DNA of 53,837 bases from Bacilli bacterium (GCA_017478105.1 JAFVEF010000006.1:1-53837); one strand, 5' to 3'. Positions 1 to 9,665 are shown, counted from the first letter of the stretch. Notes: generated from the letters alone by a model not told the origin. A program made the numbers and translations.

Positions 1-410
1 GGTGCTATATCTATTCCATCTTCATATGATACTTTATATTCTAAATAGTTTGGAAGTGTTGTTATTTCTGTTCCATTTAATTTATTTGATACTACTGATA
101 CCATTCCATCGATTGTTCCGGCATTAACTGCATCTACTGTAAATTCATAGTATTCTCCAGGAATAGTAAAAGTTACTGAGTAGTTTACGGTAGTTTTTGC
201 TGTATCGATTGTTGGAGTTGAAGCAGACACACTACCTGTCTTTACTGATACATTCTCCCAATGTATATCCCATGTTGGATTATTGATAGTACCTGTTCCA
301 ATTATATTTAAATTAGTACTTAATACTGCATAACCTATTGATATTACTAATATCATTATAATTAAAATCATATAATTTAATTTCTTCTTATTTTTATTAT
401 AACTATACAT
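1..410 (-). CDS. Partial CDS (runs off window start): secreted protein with SipW-type N-terminus, paralogue of the N-terminal domain of 45098-46762
   Basis: Not in the ORF track. Read by hand: RBS GGTGAG, ATG at 410, MYSYNKNKKKLNYMILIIMILVISIGYAVLSTNLNIIG...WDIHWENV...PGEYYEFTVDAVNAGTIDGMV, open to base 1. Matches GYAYL...WNVHFDNI...PGDKYEFYIDVVNSGTIDAMV of the 45 kb gene. Confidence 0.85.
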   Translation of the reverse strand, partial: MYSYNKNKKKLNYMILIIMILVISIGYAVLSTNLNIIGTGTINNPTWDIHWENVSVKTGSVSASTPTIDTAKTTVNYSVTFTIPGEYYEFTVDAVNAGTIDGMVSVVSNKLNGTEITTLPNYLEYKVSYEDGIDIA

Positions 411-457
411 GACTCTCACCTATTATGAGTATATCAAAATACCTATTTTTTTTCAAC

Positions 458-481
458 AAAAAAAGTCATTACTGACTTTTT
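458..481 (-). terminator. Intrinsic terminator after the phosphodiester glycosidase gene
   Basis: Hairpin AAAAGTCA-TTAC-TGACTTTT with A/T tails. Confidence 0.6.
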
Positions 482-1511
482 ATTTAACTACCCAAAATGT
501 AGACATATCACGAAGTCCATATTTACCTGCAGCAACTGGAGTATTTATAATTTCATTATTAATTACAAGTTCAGATGAACTACCTCCATCTAAATTAGCT
601 GCATTATAAGCACCATAGTTTTCCATAATATCACATAAATCAACCATATCTGCACCAATACTATTTGCAAGTCTACCATTGATTACTAAAAATAAAACTA
701 TTCCATCTTGTCTTTGACCAATAGCACTTCTTGGAGCAATACCCCAACCACCATTACCTTTAACAAAACTTCTTTTTCCATTAACTATTAGATATGGCCC
801 AAACTCTATCGCATCTCTATATCCTGTTTTTATAGCTTCACTTTTACTCATATTACCAAGAATTAGTTTATTTTCATTATTAAATCCAATAAATCCTCCA
901 CCAACTCTGGCATCATCATAATCACTTACAACTTTTCCATTTGAAAATACTGTTCCATGTGGAAGAGCCCCATTACTATTCCAATCTGGATCATAAAATC
1001 CTCCAGCATTCATCGCAATTATAGCCCCTTCTCTTTTACTAACTGTTAAAATATTTTCACCCGCAACACCTAATTTAGAAGTAGTTGCGATATGAATTCT
1101 TGAAGGATCATATATTGCTACTAAAAAGCCTTGATATCCCTTACCACTAACATTTATTAATTTATATAAATCATTATCTGGATCTTTCTGTAATATTTGT
1201 TTTTCATATTCATTTCTATAAATAGTTGTTGTATATTTACGAAAAGTAATATCATTTGGATTACTAATTTCATCAACTTCAATAATACTATTATTCTTTA
1301 ATACTTTTTGTATATAAGAATCACTATATAACCAAGTTGCTAAATATCTATGATTCATAGTAGTCATAGCACTAGTAATCCAAAATTCTTTAAATGAATC
1401 AATTGGTCCATAGAAAAGAAATAAAAAAGCAAATATCATAGTAACAAAAATACTTGAACAAATAATAACAATTTTCTTAGTTAAAGACATTTTCTTTTTT
1501 TTCTTATTCAT
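480..1511 (-). CDS. Phosphodiester glycosidase (NAGPA/EpsL-like) family membrane-anchored protein
   Basis: N-terminal TM; motifs AMNAGGF, PRSAIGQ, INGR, AANLDGGSSS. Confidence 0.85.
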   Translation of the reverse strand: MNKKKKKMSLTKKIVIICSSIFVTMIFAFLFLFYGPIDSFKEFWITSAMTTMNHRYLATWLYSDSYIQKVLKNNSIIEVDEISNPNDITFRKYTTTIYRNEYEKQILQKDPDNDLYKLINVSGKGYQGFLVAIYDPSRIHIATTSKLGVAGENILTVSKREGAIIAMNAGGFYDPDWNSNGALPHGTVFSNGKVVSDYDDARVGGGFIGFNNENKLILGNMSKSEAIKTGYRDAIEFGPYLIVNGKRSFVKGNGGWGIAPRSAIGQRQDGIVLFLVINGRLANSIGADMVDLCDIMENYGAYNAANLDGGSSSELVINNEIINTPVAAGKYGLRDMSTFWVVK

Positions 1512-1513
1512 AT

Positions 1514-2080
1514 TTACTCCTCTTTACCATCCATTTTTCCATCATTATTAAAATCAATATACTTTTTACTAGTAGTATAATCATCTAATCTTAATTCAGA
1601 ATTTAAACTAGCTTGATAATCATTATACTTTTTAACGTTTTCATTATATAATTTTACATCAGTTATAAAATAATTAACTACTTGCTCATAAATACTCTTG
1701 TAATTAGAACATTTACTATTAGCTTTACTATCAGGATAATATACATCTTCACATAAATTCTTTAATGTTTTAGTATTATTCTCCATCTCATCTACTAACT
1801 TCTCATAGTTTTTTAATTTTTCTTTAACAGATGCATCATTTTGATACATAGTATCATAATAACAATTTCCTAAAGTTTCATTATATAATTCATCACGAAA
1901 AGATTCAAATATACTAGTATTAGTACTAAATGTTTCAAACTCATTATTAACATCACTAACTCTTCTAAATGTTTCTTCTCGATCATTCTTTAATCCAAAA
2001 ACAAAAGAAGCAAATCCTCCAGATATAATTAAAACCCCACTAATTGCAAGTAAACAATATACAACTTTCTTACTTTTCAT
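1514..2080 (-). CDS. Hypothetical single-TM helical protein with C-terminal DxNxDG motif
   Basis: RBS AGGTGG; TM segment; helical body with Cys residues; ends YIDFNNDGKMDGKEE. Confidence 0.7.
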   Translation of the reverse strand: MKSKKVVYCLLAISGVLIISGGFASFVFGLKNDREETFRRVSDVNNEFETFSTNTSIFESFRDELYNETLGNCYYDTMYQNDASVKEKLKNYEKLVDEMENNTKTLKNLCEDVYYPDSKANSKCSNYKSIYEQVVNYFITDVKLYNENVKKYNDYQASLNSELRLDDYTTSKKYIDFNNDGKMDGKEE

Positions 2081-2112
2081 AATACCACCTAACTTATTGT
2101 ATCAAATAAAAT

Positions 2113-2140
2113 AAAAAAAAGAAAGCAATGCTTTCTTTTT
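2113..2140 (-). terminator. Intrinsic terminator
   Basis: AAAAGAAAGC-AAT-GCTTTCTTTT hairpin at the stop of 2140-2610. Confidence 0.6.
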
Positions 2141-2610
2141 TATTTAATAATTCTACTTTTATCCTCTTCAGATAACTCTTCCAAGATATAATCATCAGTC
2201 AGTTTTAAATTATCTATATTGAAGTAACTAGTATTAAGTTTTTCCTTACCAGGTAAAACATCACTATATACAACAATAAAGCTCTTTTCACCAAATACTA
2301 ATTTTAAATAACCAGACTGAACTACATTTGTTTTATTAATAACAGTATAATTAAATCTTCCTTGAACTGAATCATAGTAAAACTCTACATCTTTAATACA
2401 AATATTATTACTACAATGTTCCCTACTCATACTATCATTTTTAATAACTACTGTATTAGGAGTTTCTACAACTTCATCTGAAAAATTATAATAATTTTTA
2501 ACATGTTTTGTACTTTTTTGTGGCTTTAACAAAAGAAGTAGTACTACTAAACAAATCATTAATAAACCACAAACTATTTTCACAACATTATTTTTAATAA
2601 AATTCTTCAT
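2140..2610 (-). CDS. Hypothetical membrane-anchored extracellular protein
   Basis: RBS GAGGGGG; N-terminal TM; CSNNIC motif; beta-rich C-terminus. Confidence 0.7.
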   Translation of the reverse strand: MKNFIKNNVVKIVCGLLMICLVVLLLLLKPQKSTKHVKNYYNFSDEVVETPNTVVIKNDSMSREHCSNNICIKDVEFYYDSVQGRFNYTVINKTNVVQSGYLKLVFGEKSFIVVYSDVLPGKEKLNTSYFNIDNLKLTDDYILEELSEEDKSRIIK

Positions 2611-2624
2611 TTGTATTACCCCCT

Positions 2625-5600
2625 CTAATTATCATCAACAACTAAATATGACATATCATTTAATTCATGATGATCATAATAATTACTTTCCTTATATAAA
2701 GTTGTACATATTTTATTTTCAGTAGGATTTAATATTATTTCACCAGTTAGAGCATCATAATCACTCATATATAATTTATAATACTTGTTACATGCATAAG
2801 TTACTCCATTATAATCAACAGTATATAATTCCGTTGGATATTCTACAGTACCAATAGCATAATTAACATAATTATTATTCTCACTATTATAGAAACAATC
2901 TTTATAGCCACAACCTACTTCAATAGTTTCAACCTTTTCTTCAAAAGGACAACTACTATTATTCATACGATCATTATATGATATTTTAATAATATCTTTA
3001 TATTTTGAAGTAATACTACTACCAGCAGAGATACATCTTCCAGAACAAAGTGCAGCACTAATTTTTTGATTACCAGGAATAGAATCATCAAATTCATATG
3101 TATGATATCTAGCTGTTTCTTCAGTTAAAGTACAACTATTAAAATTAGAAACTTTAACACTAGTAGAAGCAACATTTCCATGTGAATCTTTGACAAAAAC
3201 ATATAATAATTTTGGAGATGTAAAACTTTCATCTTCTGTACCTTCGGAATTTTCATCAAAATTATAATCATAATCAGAATAAACCCAATCTATTGTATAA
3301 ACTAAATTTTGGGCTTTTCTATTACCGGAAAAATCTTCTCCAGTACTTGATCCAACATAGTTACAATCACTTGGTACAATCATCTCGCCTAAGCTTTCAT
3401 CATAAGTAGAGGTGTTTTTAACACATATTTTGTATGTATCAAGAGGATCATTTACCTTTAAACTTAAAACAACTTTATCAGTATCATATCCATCAACATT
3501 AACATTTGCCTCAGCACTCAATATAGATGGACTTACATCTTTATATATTTTGTAAACAACTTCATTAGTTTTAGTAACTAATCCATATAAATCCTTAATA
3601 TAAGCATAAAAAGTATATTCTTGAGCATTATAATTACTAATATTAAGATCTATGTTCTTAACTAATTCATAATCATAGAAACCATCTTGATCATCTGAAT
3701 TAAAACATTTTTCTACTCCGTCAGCTTCTTTATAACAAATTTTTTCCTTTAATTCTTCAAATTCATCTGTTGCCTTTAAGATAAATTTAGCTTTTCCTAA
3801 ATTTAATTCATAATCGTTTCCAAAAGATTCCATAGTTGGTTGAGTTAAAATAACAGGGGCTTGATTTTTTAATACTTTATAAGTAGTTGTTTTAGAAGCT
3901 GAATAACCCATTCCATCAGTAACAGTAACAACCATATTTCTATTATTTCCATCATATTCGCCAGAAAATGTAAAATTTACTAAAACACTATTAGTATTTG
4001 CATCATATTGTACTTCATCAAAGCTATATGTTTCTGTTTTTACACCATCACTTACTGTATAACGCATATCACTTAAACTAGACAAGTCATCACTAACATT
4101 TATTCTAACAACACTCTCAAGTCTTCCTTCTACTCTAACATCTTGAAGAGAACCATCAGTTTCTTCAATAAATTTAATAACATTTGAATTAACTTCAACA
4201 TTATTAATCACAGGATCTTTATTTGTATATAATTTATAATCAACACTAGTTGTACTCTTCTTTCCATAACTATCTAAAACTGATACATATAATTTTCTAT
4301 TTTGATCACATGTATAATCAACAGGACAATTTTTCGCAAAAGTATAGTTAAAATCTTCCTTATAATTATTTAAATATGATACATAATTACTACCATTATT
4401 ACTATCACAATAATTGCTATCATCTGAAATACAAACAAGTAAATCATCATCTATATCATCAGAAACATTTAATGAAACTTTAGTCTCATATTTACCACCA
4501 TCAGAATAAGTACATAAAGAATTATCATTACAAGCAAGATCACCATTATTAATTTGGAAAACACTAATTGAAGGCTCTAAATTATTATAAACAGCATAAG
4601 AAGTTGTTTTACTATTTCTTAATCCACATTCATCAACAGCTTCAATAGTTAAAGTTCTATTTTTACCATCATAATTTCCAGAAAAACTAAAATCAATTGG
4701 TTTTCCATTATATCTTTGTGAAACAGTTGAAACACCATCACTAATATTAAGTGTAATATTATTAGATAAATCATCATCAACATCAACTAATACAGTTGTA
4801 TTTAAACTTCCTGTTGTTGTAAATTTTTCATCATTTGAATCAACAATAATACCACCAATACTTGGAGCAGTATTTTTATATACAGTATAAGAGAAAACTG
4901 CTGTAGAAACTTCATCAAATGAATCTTTAACAAATACTTTAACCTTTTCTTCTCTACCATCTAATCTACAACTATTAGAATCGAAATTATATACCATATA
5001 TCCACCATTAGTAAAATAAGAATTATATGGTTGATATCCACTACAATTATTTGCATTAACATCTCTAGTTAAACATACTTGTAGCTGCGTTTCATTATCC
5101 ATATCATCAGAAACACTAAGTACAAATTTACTATTATTTCCATTGACTGAATCTTCATCTAGTTTACTAAAGCCACTAGATTCCTCATGTATTTTAGGAA
5201 CTTCATTTTTATGAATATGATATTCTATCTCTTTTCTACTTTCATTATTTTGTGGATCTCTAACAATAATAAACACATGCTTAACTTTTCCTTCATCTGA
5301 TCTTTGATAATTATATGCTCTAGTATAAGCACCAGAATTACCATATTCATAAGGTGTTTGGTTTAAAGCATCCTGAAAACTATTTTCTGATAAATAAACT
5401 TTTAAATTACTTTTTGGAGTATCTTTATCTTCAACTCTTAAAGTTAAAAGAGCATCAATAGAATTATAATTTTTACCAGATGCAGAAGTCATAGTAGCTT
5501 TAATTATATTAGGACTAGAAGAACCATTAATAGAAGTATCTCCTGATAAATCTTCATAATCATAAGTTGCATCTACATCATTAACATAATTATTACCAAG

Positions 5601-6113
5601 TTTCAAATTAATAGTACTCTTTGATATATTATCAATCTTTACTAAATTAGACTCATCTATGGTTTTAACATATCTAGTAGCATTACTTTTTTCTAAATTA
5701 ATTCCTTTAGTTAATTCAATACCACGATAATAATTCTTAACTTTTTCAACTAAAGTAGCCGAATATTCTAAATTACCACCACCAGTATTTTTAATAACTA
5801 CATAAGATGAATTCTTTACATATTTTCCTTGATTAGGAGGATTTTCAAAACTAGAATCATCTAAAAACGTTAAACTCATAACAATACAATTATTCTCATC
5901 AGGTTTTTCAATAGTTGAACTAGAGGCATTCAATTTTGTTTCTGCAAGAGCAATCATTCTATTGATATCAGCAACGTATATTTTATTTCTATTATTAGAC
6001 AATAACCCAGTAAGTATAGGTAATCCAACCCCCATTAAAATACCAAGTAATACTAGTGTTGCTAGTAACTCTACTAGAGTAAATCCTTTATTATTCTTTT
6101 TCATATATTTCAC
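2625..6113 (-). CDS. Giant type IV pilin-like protein: class III signal peptide, pilin head, ~7 Ig/cadherin-like repeats, Cys-rich tip
   Basis: KKNNKG|FTLVELLATLVLLGIL prepilin motif (G-1, F1, E5); repeated N-x-x-P-x-I ... V-x-DD ... V-x-D-x-x-G modules. Confidence 0.85.
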   Translation of the reverse strand: MKYMKKNNKGFTLVELLATLVLLGILMGVGLPILTGLLSNNRNKIYVADINRMIALAETKLNASSSTIEKPDENNCIVMSLTFLDDSSFENPPNQGKYVKNSSYVVIKNTGGGNLEYSATLVEKVKNYYRGIELTKGINLEKSNATRYVKTIDESNLVKIDNISKSTINLKLGNNYVNDVDATYDYEDLSGDTSINGSSSPNIIKATMTSASGKNYNSIDALLTLRVEDKDTPKSNLKVYLSENSFQDALNQTPYEYGNSGAYTRAYNYQRSDEGKVKHVFIIVRDPQNNESRKEIEYHIHKNEVPKIHEESSGFSKLDEDSVNGNNSKFVLSVSDDMDNETQLQVCLTRDVNANNCSGYQPYNSYFTNGGYMVYNFDSNSCRLDGREEKVKVFVKDSFDEVSTAVFSYTVYKNTAPSIGGIIVDSNDEKFTTTGSLNTTVLVDVDDDLSNNITLNISDGVSTVSQRYNGKPIDFSFSGNYDGKNRTLTIEAVDECGLRNSKTTSYAVYNNLEPSISVFQINNGDLACNDNSLCTYSDGGKYETKVSLNVSDDIDDDLLVCISDDSNYCDSNNGSNYVSYLNNYKEDFNYTFAKNCPVDYTCDQNRKLYVSVLDSYGKKSTTSVDYKLYTNKDPVINNVEVNSNVIKFIEETDGSLQDVRVEGRLESVVRINVSDDLSSLSDMRYTVSDGVKTETYSFDEVQYDANTNSVLVNFTFSGEYDGNNRNMVVTVTDGMGYSASKTTTYKVLKNQAPVILTQPTMESFGNDYELNLGKAKFILKATDEFEELKEKICYKEADGVEKCFNSDDQDGFYDYELVKNIDLNISNYNAQEYTFYAYIKDLYGLVTKTNEVVYKIYKDVSPSILSAEANVNVDGYDTDKVVLSLKVNDPLDTYKICVKNTSTYDESLGEMIVPSDCNYVGSSTGEDFSGNRKAQNLVYTIDWVYSDYDYNFDENSEGTEDESFTSPKLLYVFVKDSHGNVASTSVKVSNFNSCTLTEETARYHTYEFDDSIPGNQKISAALCSGRCISAGSSITSKYKDIIKISYNDRMNNSSCPFEEKVETIEVGCGYKDCFYNSENNNYVNYAIGTVEYPTELYTVDYNGVTYACNKYYKLYMSDYDALTGEIILNPTENKICTTLYKESNYYDHHELNDMSYLVVDDN

Positions 6114-6115
6114 CT

Positions 6116-6937
6116 CTATTTATTAAAACTAAATATATTTATAAAACTACTAATAACAATAAGTAACAAACTACAAACAATTTTACTTAAAAGTATATTA
6201 ATATTTAAATAATTAATTAAAAGAAATAAGAATAAAACTTCAAGTACCAAATAAACTAACATCATAATACTCTTTTTTCTAAATAATAAATAACATAAAA
6301 AAACTGCCATTATATAAGAAATGATACTAGATATATAAATGTTTATTTTAAAAGTATTTAAAAAAACAAATAATAATACACTTATAATTCCAAGTAACAA
6401 TCCATAATTAAAATTACTATGTATTTTATTATACCAAGATACATGATTATCCTCTTCCATATAATCTTGTAATAATTTTACCATATTTTTAGTATTACTC
6501 TCAAACTTTTTTGGTTTAAATGTTTTACTTTTTTCAATTAGTTTTCCAAGTTTTTTAAAATCTCTTAATTCAAGAATATAACCTAAATCAGAAAACTCTT
6601 TAATTATTTGTTTTTGATGATCATTATGATGTTCTCCATATTTTGAAAGTCTAGCAGCAGCAATTACTTTTTTTCCTTTTTTTATTGCCGATAATATACT
6701 ACCAGCACCACCATGAGTAATAATTAAATCAGCTTTATCTACAAGCTTATCAAACTCAGGAGCTGGTATTAAATCAAATATTTCCATATTTGAAGATTCA
6801 TATTTAGTTTGACCTGCTTGAACAATAACTTTATCTTTAATAGTACCATTTTCTATTTCTTTATCAACAGCTTTTAATAATCTTGAAAAATCTTTATCTT
6901 GAGTACCTAAAACAACAAGTATCATTAGAAAATCCAC
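6116..6937 (-). CDS. PssE/Cps14G (Alg13-like, GT28 C-terminal) glycosyltransferase fused to a GtrA-like multi-TM domain
   Basis: ILVVLGTQ..F.RL, VQAG, IITHGGAGSI, EHHNDHQ; hydrophobic C-terminal ~100 aa. Confidence 0.85.
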   Translation of the reverse strand: MDFLMILVVLGTQDKDFSRLLKAVDKEIENGTIKDKVIVQAGQTKYESSNMEIFDLIPAPEFDKLVDKADLIITHGGAGSILSAIKKGKKVIAAARLSKYGEHHNDHQKQIIKEFSDLGYILELRDFKKLGKLIEKSKTFKPKKFESNTKNMVKLLQDYMEEDNHVSWYNKIHSNFNYGLLLGIISVLLFVFLNTFKINIYISSIISYIMAVFLCYLLFRKKSIMMLVYLVLEVLFLFLLINYLNINILLSKIVCSLLLIVISSFINIFSFNK

Positions 6938-7419
6938 CCCCCGTAAATACTATTTGGATATAACTTTTTCATACTTTCCCATTGAACTACAAATAAATCA
7001 CTAATTGGATAAATAAGTCTACCTGTAGCTGTTTTTGTTACCATATTAGCAAAAGTTTCTATATAAATAATCCTACTTCCAAATATTTTTCCAATACAAC
7101 ACATTGGTCCTGCAGTATGAACTCCAGTAGTAATAATATAATCAGGATGATATTTTAAATATAAAAATAAGCTAACAAAACAATTCCAAATAAGTTTAAA
7201 TATATAAGTAAATAAATGATACCTAGTACCATATACCAAAAAGCTAACTTTATTTTTATATTTATCTTTTAAATATAAATTAGATTTAGTCTTTTCAGTA
7301 ACTAGATGATAGTCACTAAAAGAAAACAATTCTTCTAATTGTAATAATTCATTTAAATGCCCACCAGTAGAAGCAATAAACATAACACGTTTTTTATTCA
7401 TATACATCACTCTCTTCAA
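6925..7419 (-). CDS. PssD/Cps14F (Alg14-like) glycosyltransferase enhancer subunit (likely start MNKKRV)
   Basis: ASTGGHL.EL, PD.IITTG, IYIETFA, TG, VQW motifs. Confidence 0.9.
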   Translation of the reverse strand: MKRVMYMNKKRVMFIASTGGHLNELLQLEELFSFSDYHLVTEKTKSNLYLKDKYKNKVSFLVYGTRYHLFTYIFKLIWNCFVSLFLYLKYHPDYIITTGVHTAGPMCCIGKIFGSRIIYIETFANMVTKTATGRLIYPISDLFVVQWESMKKLYPNSIYGGWIF

Positions 7420-8557
7420 TCAACGTAATCCATTCTTTTGATATAACTTCACTAGTATATTTCATTACACTCTCACGTGCCTTTTTCCCTACTTCTTTTC
7501 TTATTTTTTCATTTTTTATTAAATTTTCTATTTTTAAAACCATAGCATCAATATTTCTATTTTTAATTAAGAAACCATTTTCACCACTATTTATAATTTC
7601 CCTTGGCCCCTCAGCAGAATCAAACGCAACACAGACAAGTCCATGACTCATTGCCTCTAGTAATACTATTCCAAATGATTCTGTAAATGATGTCATAACA
7701 TAAATAGATGACTTATTTAAAATTTTATCTATATATTTTTTATCTTGATAACCATGCAAAGTAACTTTATCCTCTAATTTATTATCAGAAATAAACTTCT
7801 CAAGATTTTCTCTTTCCAAACCATCACCAATAATATCTAAAACCCAGTCACAATCATGTTCAACTAATCTTTTATATATTTCTAATAAATCAACAAAACC
7901 TTTTTCTTTAGATAATCTACCTACTGAAACTAATCTTTTATTCTTTAAAGTTGAAACTTTATCAGGTATTTCATCAATAGAATTAGGTATATGAACACAT
8001 ATACATCCAGAATTAAATAATCTTCTAGAATAATATCTTTCTAAATCATTAGAAACTAAAACTAAATAATCAAGACCTCTGCAACTATTAACGATCTTAT
8101 TAGCATATCCAACATTATCATGAAAATGATTATGTTCCCAGCCTATCTTTAATACTTCTTTTTTTCCGTAAGAACTAAGCCAATAATTAAAAATATCCCT
8201 AGTAGAAATAATAACATCACTATCACAATTTTTAATATAATTAGTCATTACTTTTCTTCTATAATACAATACTTTAGTTGAAAATAACCCTTCTTTAGAA
8301 ATTTTAATTATATTTTTACTTTTAAGAGCATCATGTAAAGATTTATGATTAGGTACTAAAGTATCATTAAGATATTTTACTTTAACTTTAGGATTTAAAG
8401 GAAAAACACTTTTTTCATATAATTTATAGCAAACAGCAATTTCAATATCATACTTATTTACTAACATATTAGCAAGACCAACAATAGATTTTTCAATTCC
8501 TCCATACCCTAAATGAAGTGCTAAAATTGAAATTTTTTTCATAGTATCACCATACAA
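7394..8557 (-). CDS. GT4 family glycosyltransferase
   Basis: GGIEK, WEH, VGRL..EKG, ESFGIVLLEAM, EII..GENG. Confidence 0.9.
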   Translation of the reverse strand: MYGDTMKKISILALHLGYGGIEKSIVGLANMLVNKYDIEIAVCYKLYEKSVFPLNPKVKVKYLNDTLVPNHKSLHDALKSKNIIKISKEGLFSTKVLYYRRKVMTNYIKNCDSDVIISTRDIFNYWLSSYGKKEVLKIGWEHNHFHDNVGYANKIVNSCRGLDYLVLVSNDLERYYSRRLFNSGCICVHIPNSIDEIPDKVSTLKNKRLVSVGRLSKEKGFVDLLEIYKRLVEHDCDWVLDIIGDGLERENLEKFISDNKLEDKVTLHGYQDKKYIDKILNKSSIYVMTSFTESFGIVLLEAMSHGLVCVAFDSAEGPREIINSGENGFLIKNRNIDAMVLKIENLIKNEKIRKEVGKKARESVMKYTSEVISKEWITLIEESDVYE

Positions 8558-8578
8558 AAATTATATCATTTTATAAAA

Positions 8579-8603
8579 CAAAAAAAAAGCATTTAATGCT
8601 TTT
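8579..8603 (-). terminator. Intrinsic terminator
   Basis: AAAAGCAT-TTA-ATGCTTTT hairpin right after the stop at 8605. Confidence 0.55.
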
Positions 8604-8604
8604 A

Positions 8605-9558
8605 TTATTGTACATTGTTATTTTCAACTACCACTGTTGGAACAGTAGGATTAACAACAGGTGTTGGATTAACCATAACTGGTGCATCTACTGGAGAAAC
8701 AGCTTCATTTGAGACAGGTGGAACCATAGTTGGAATTGATTGAGTATTTTGTAATGGATCTGCCCCACCATATATCTGATGATTAACTTCAGGTGTAACA
8801 TTAATTTCAGGAACAACTGGACTTGCCCCACCATATATAACTGGTTCTACTGCAGCAGGAGCAGGATTTAATGGCTCAACTACAGGAGCAACACTAGAAA
8901 CCTCAGGTGTAACTGGATTAACATCAACTGGACTAACTTCCATAACAGGAACAACAGGCTCAACACTTGGCATTGGATTTGCTTCAGGCATTGGCATAAC
9001 TGGAGCTTGTTCAACAACTGGCATTGGGTTTACTTCAGGCATTGGTGCAACTGGAGCTTGTTCAACAACAGGCATTGGATTTACTTCAGGCACTGGCATA
9101 ACTGGAGCTTGTTCAACAACTGGCATTGGGTTTACTTCAGGCATTGGATTAACCTCTACTGGCACCGGATTTACTCCCACTGGCATTGGATTTACTTCAG
9201 GCATTGGTGTAACTGGAGCTTGCTCAACTACAGGCATTGGATTAACCTCTACTGGCATCGGATTTACTCCCACAGGCATTGGATTAACTTCAACTGGTTG
9301 AACAGCAACATTAGGTTGAACAACACTAGCATCTGCCCCTGGCATTGCCGTAGGTTGTGGTTGCATCCCAGGATTTACATTATTCATCATAGGAGTATCA
9401 ACTGCAGGCTGATTAGCTTGTGCTTCCTGAGCTTTCTTTTCCTTCTTTGCCTTTTTACCAGTAACAATCAAAATAATTAAAGCGATAATTAATAATACAA
9501 CACCACCAGTAATAAACATCCCTGGAACTGTTGTAAACCAAGTTAGATCAAAATTCAT
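8605..9558 (-). CDS. Single-TM protein with long Pro/Val-rich repetitive tail
   Basis: TM followed by KKAKKEKK; repeats of (P)EVNPMPVVEQAPVxPM; two IYGGA motifs. Confidence 0.8.
   Translation of the reverse strand: MNFDLTWFTTVPGMFITGGVVLLIIALIILIVTGKKAKKEKKAQEAQANQPAVDTPMMNNVNPGMQPQPTAMPGADASVVQPNVAVQPVEVNPMPVGVNPMPVEVNPMPVVEQAPVTPMPEVNPMPVGVNPVPVEVNPMPEVNPMPVVEQAPVMPVPEVNPMPVVEQAPVAPMPEVNPMPVVEQAPVMPMPEANPMPSVEPVVPVMEVSPVDVNPVTPEVSSVAPVVEPLNPAPAAVEPVIYGGASPVVPEINVTPEVNHQIYGGADPLQNTQSIPTMVPPVSNEAVSPVDAPVMVNPTPVVNPTVPTVVVENNNVQ
8960..9300. repeat. Imperfect intragenic tandem repeats (VNPMP / VVEQAP units)
   Basis: Recurrent GGCATTGGATTTACTTCAGGC and ACTGGAGCTTGTTCAACAAC units. Confidence 0.85.
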
Positions 9559-9602
9559 AATATCTACACCCTCTATTCTATATAATCTATATTCATGATA
9601 AC

Positions 9603-9632
9603 AAAAAACATTTGCAATTGCAAATATTTTTT
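9603..9632 (-). terminator. Palindromic hairpin, probably the terminator after the RluA gene
   Basis: Perfect palindrome ATTTGCAATTGCAAAT flanked by A6 and T6 tracts. Confidence 0.5.
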
Positions 9633-9665
9633 CTTATATACAATTTATTTACAGTGTAAACAATG

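Noticed and set aside
409-609. Plus-strand 66-aa ORF
   Set aside because: Antisense to the 480-1511 gene and crosses its terminator; no RBS.
8960-9300. Repeats as a possible CRISPR array
   Set aside because: In-frame coding repeats, no unique spacers, no cas genes.
9007-9480. Trp/His-rich repetitive plus-strand ORF
   Set aside because: Shadow frame of the Pro-rich repeats on the opposite strand.
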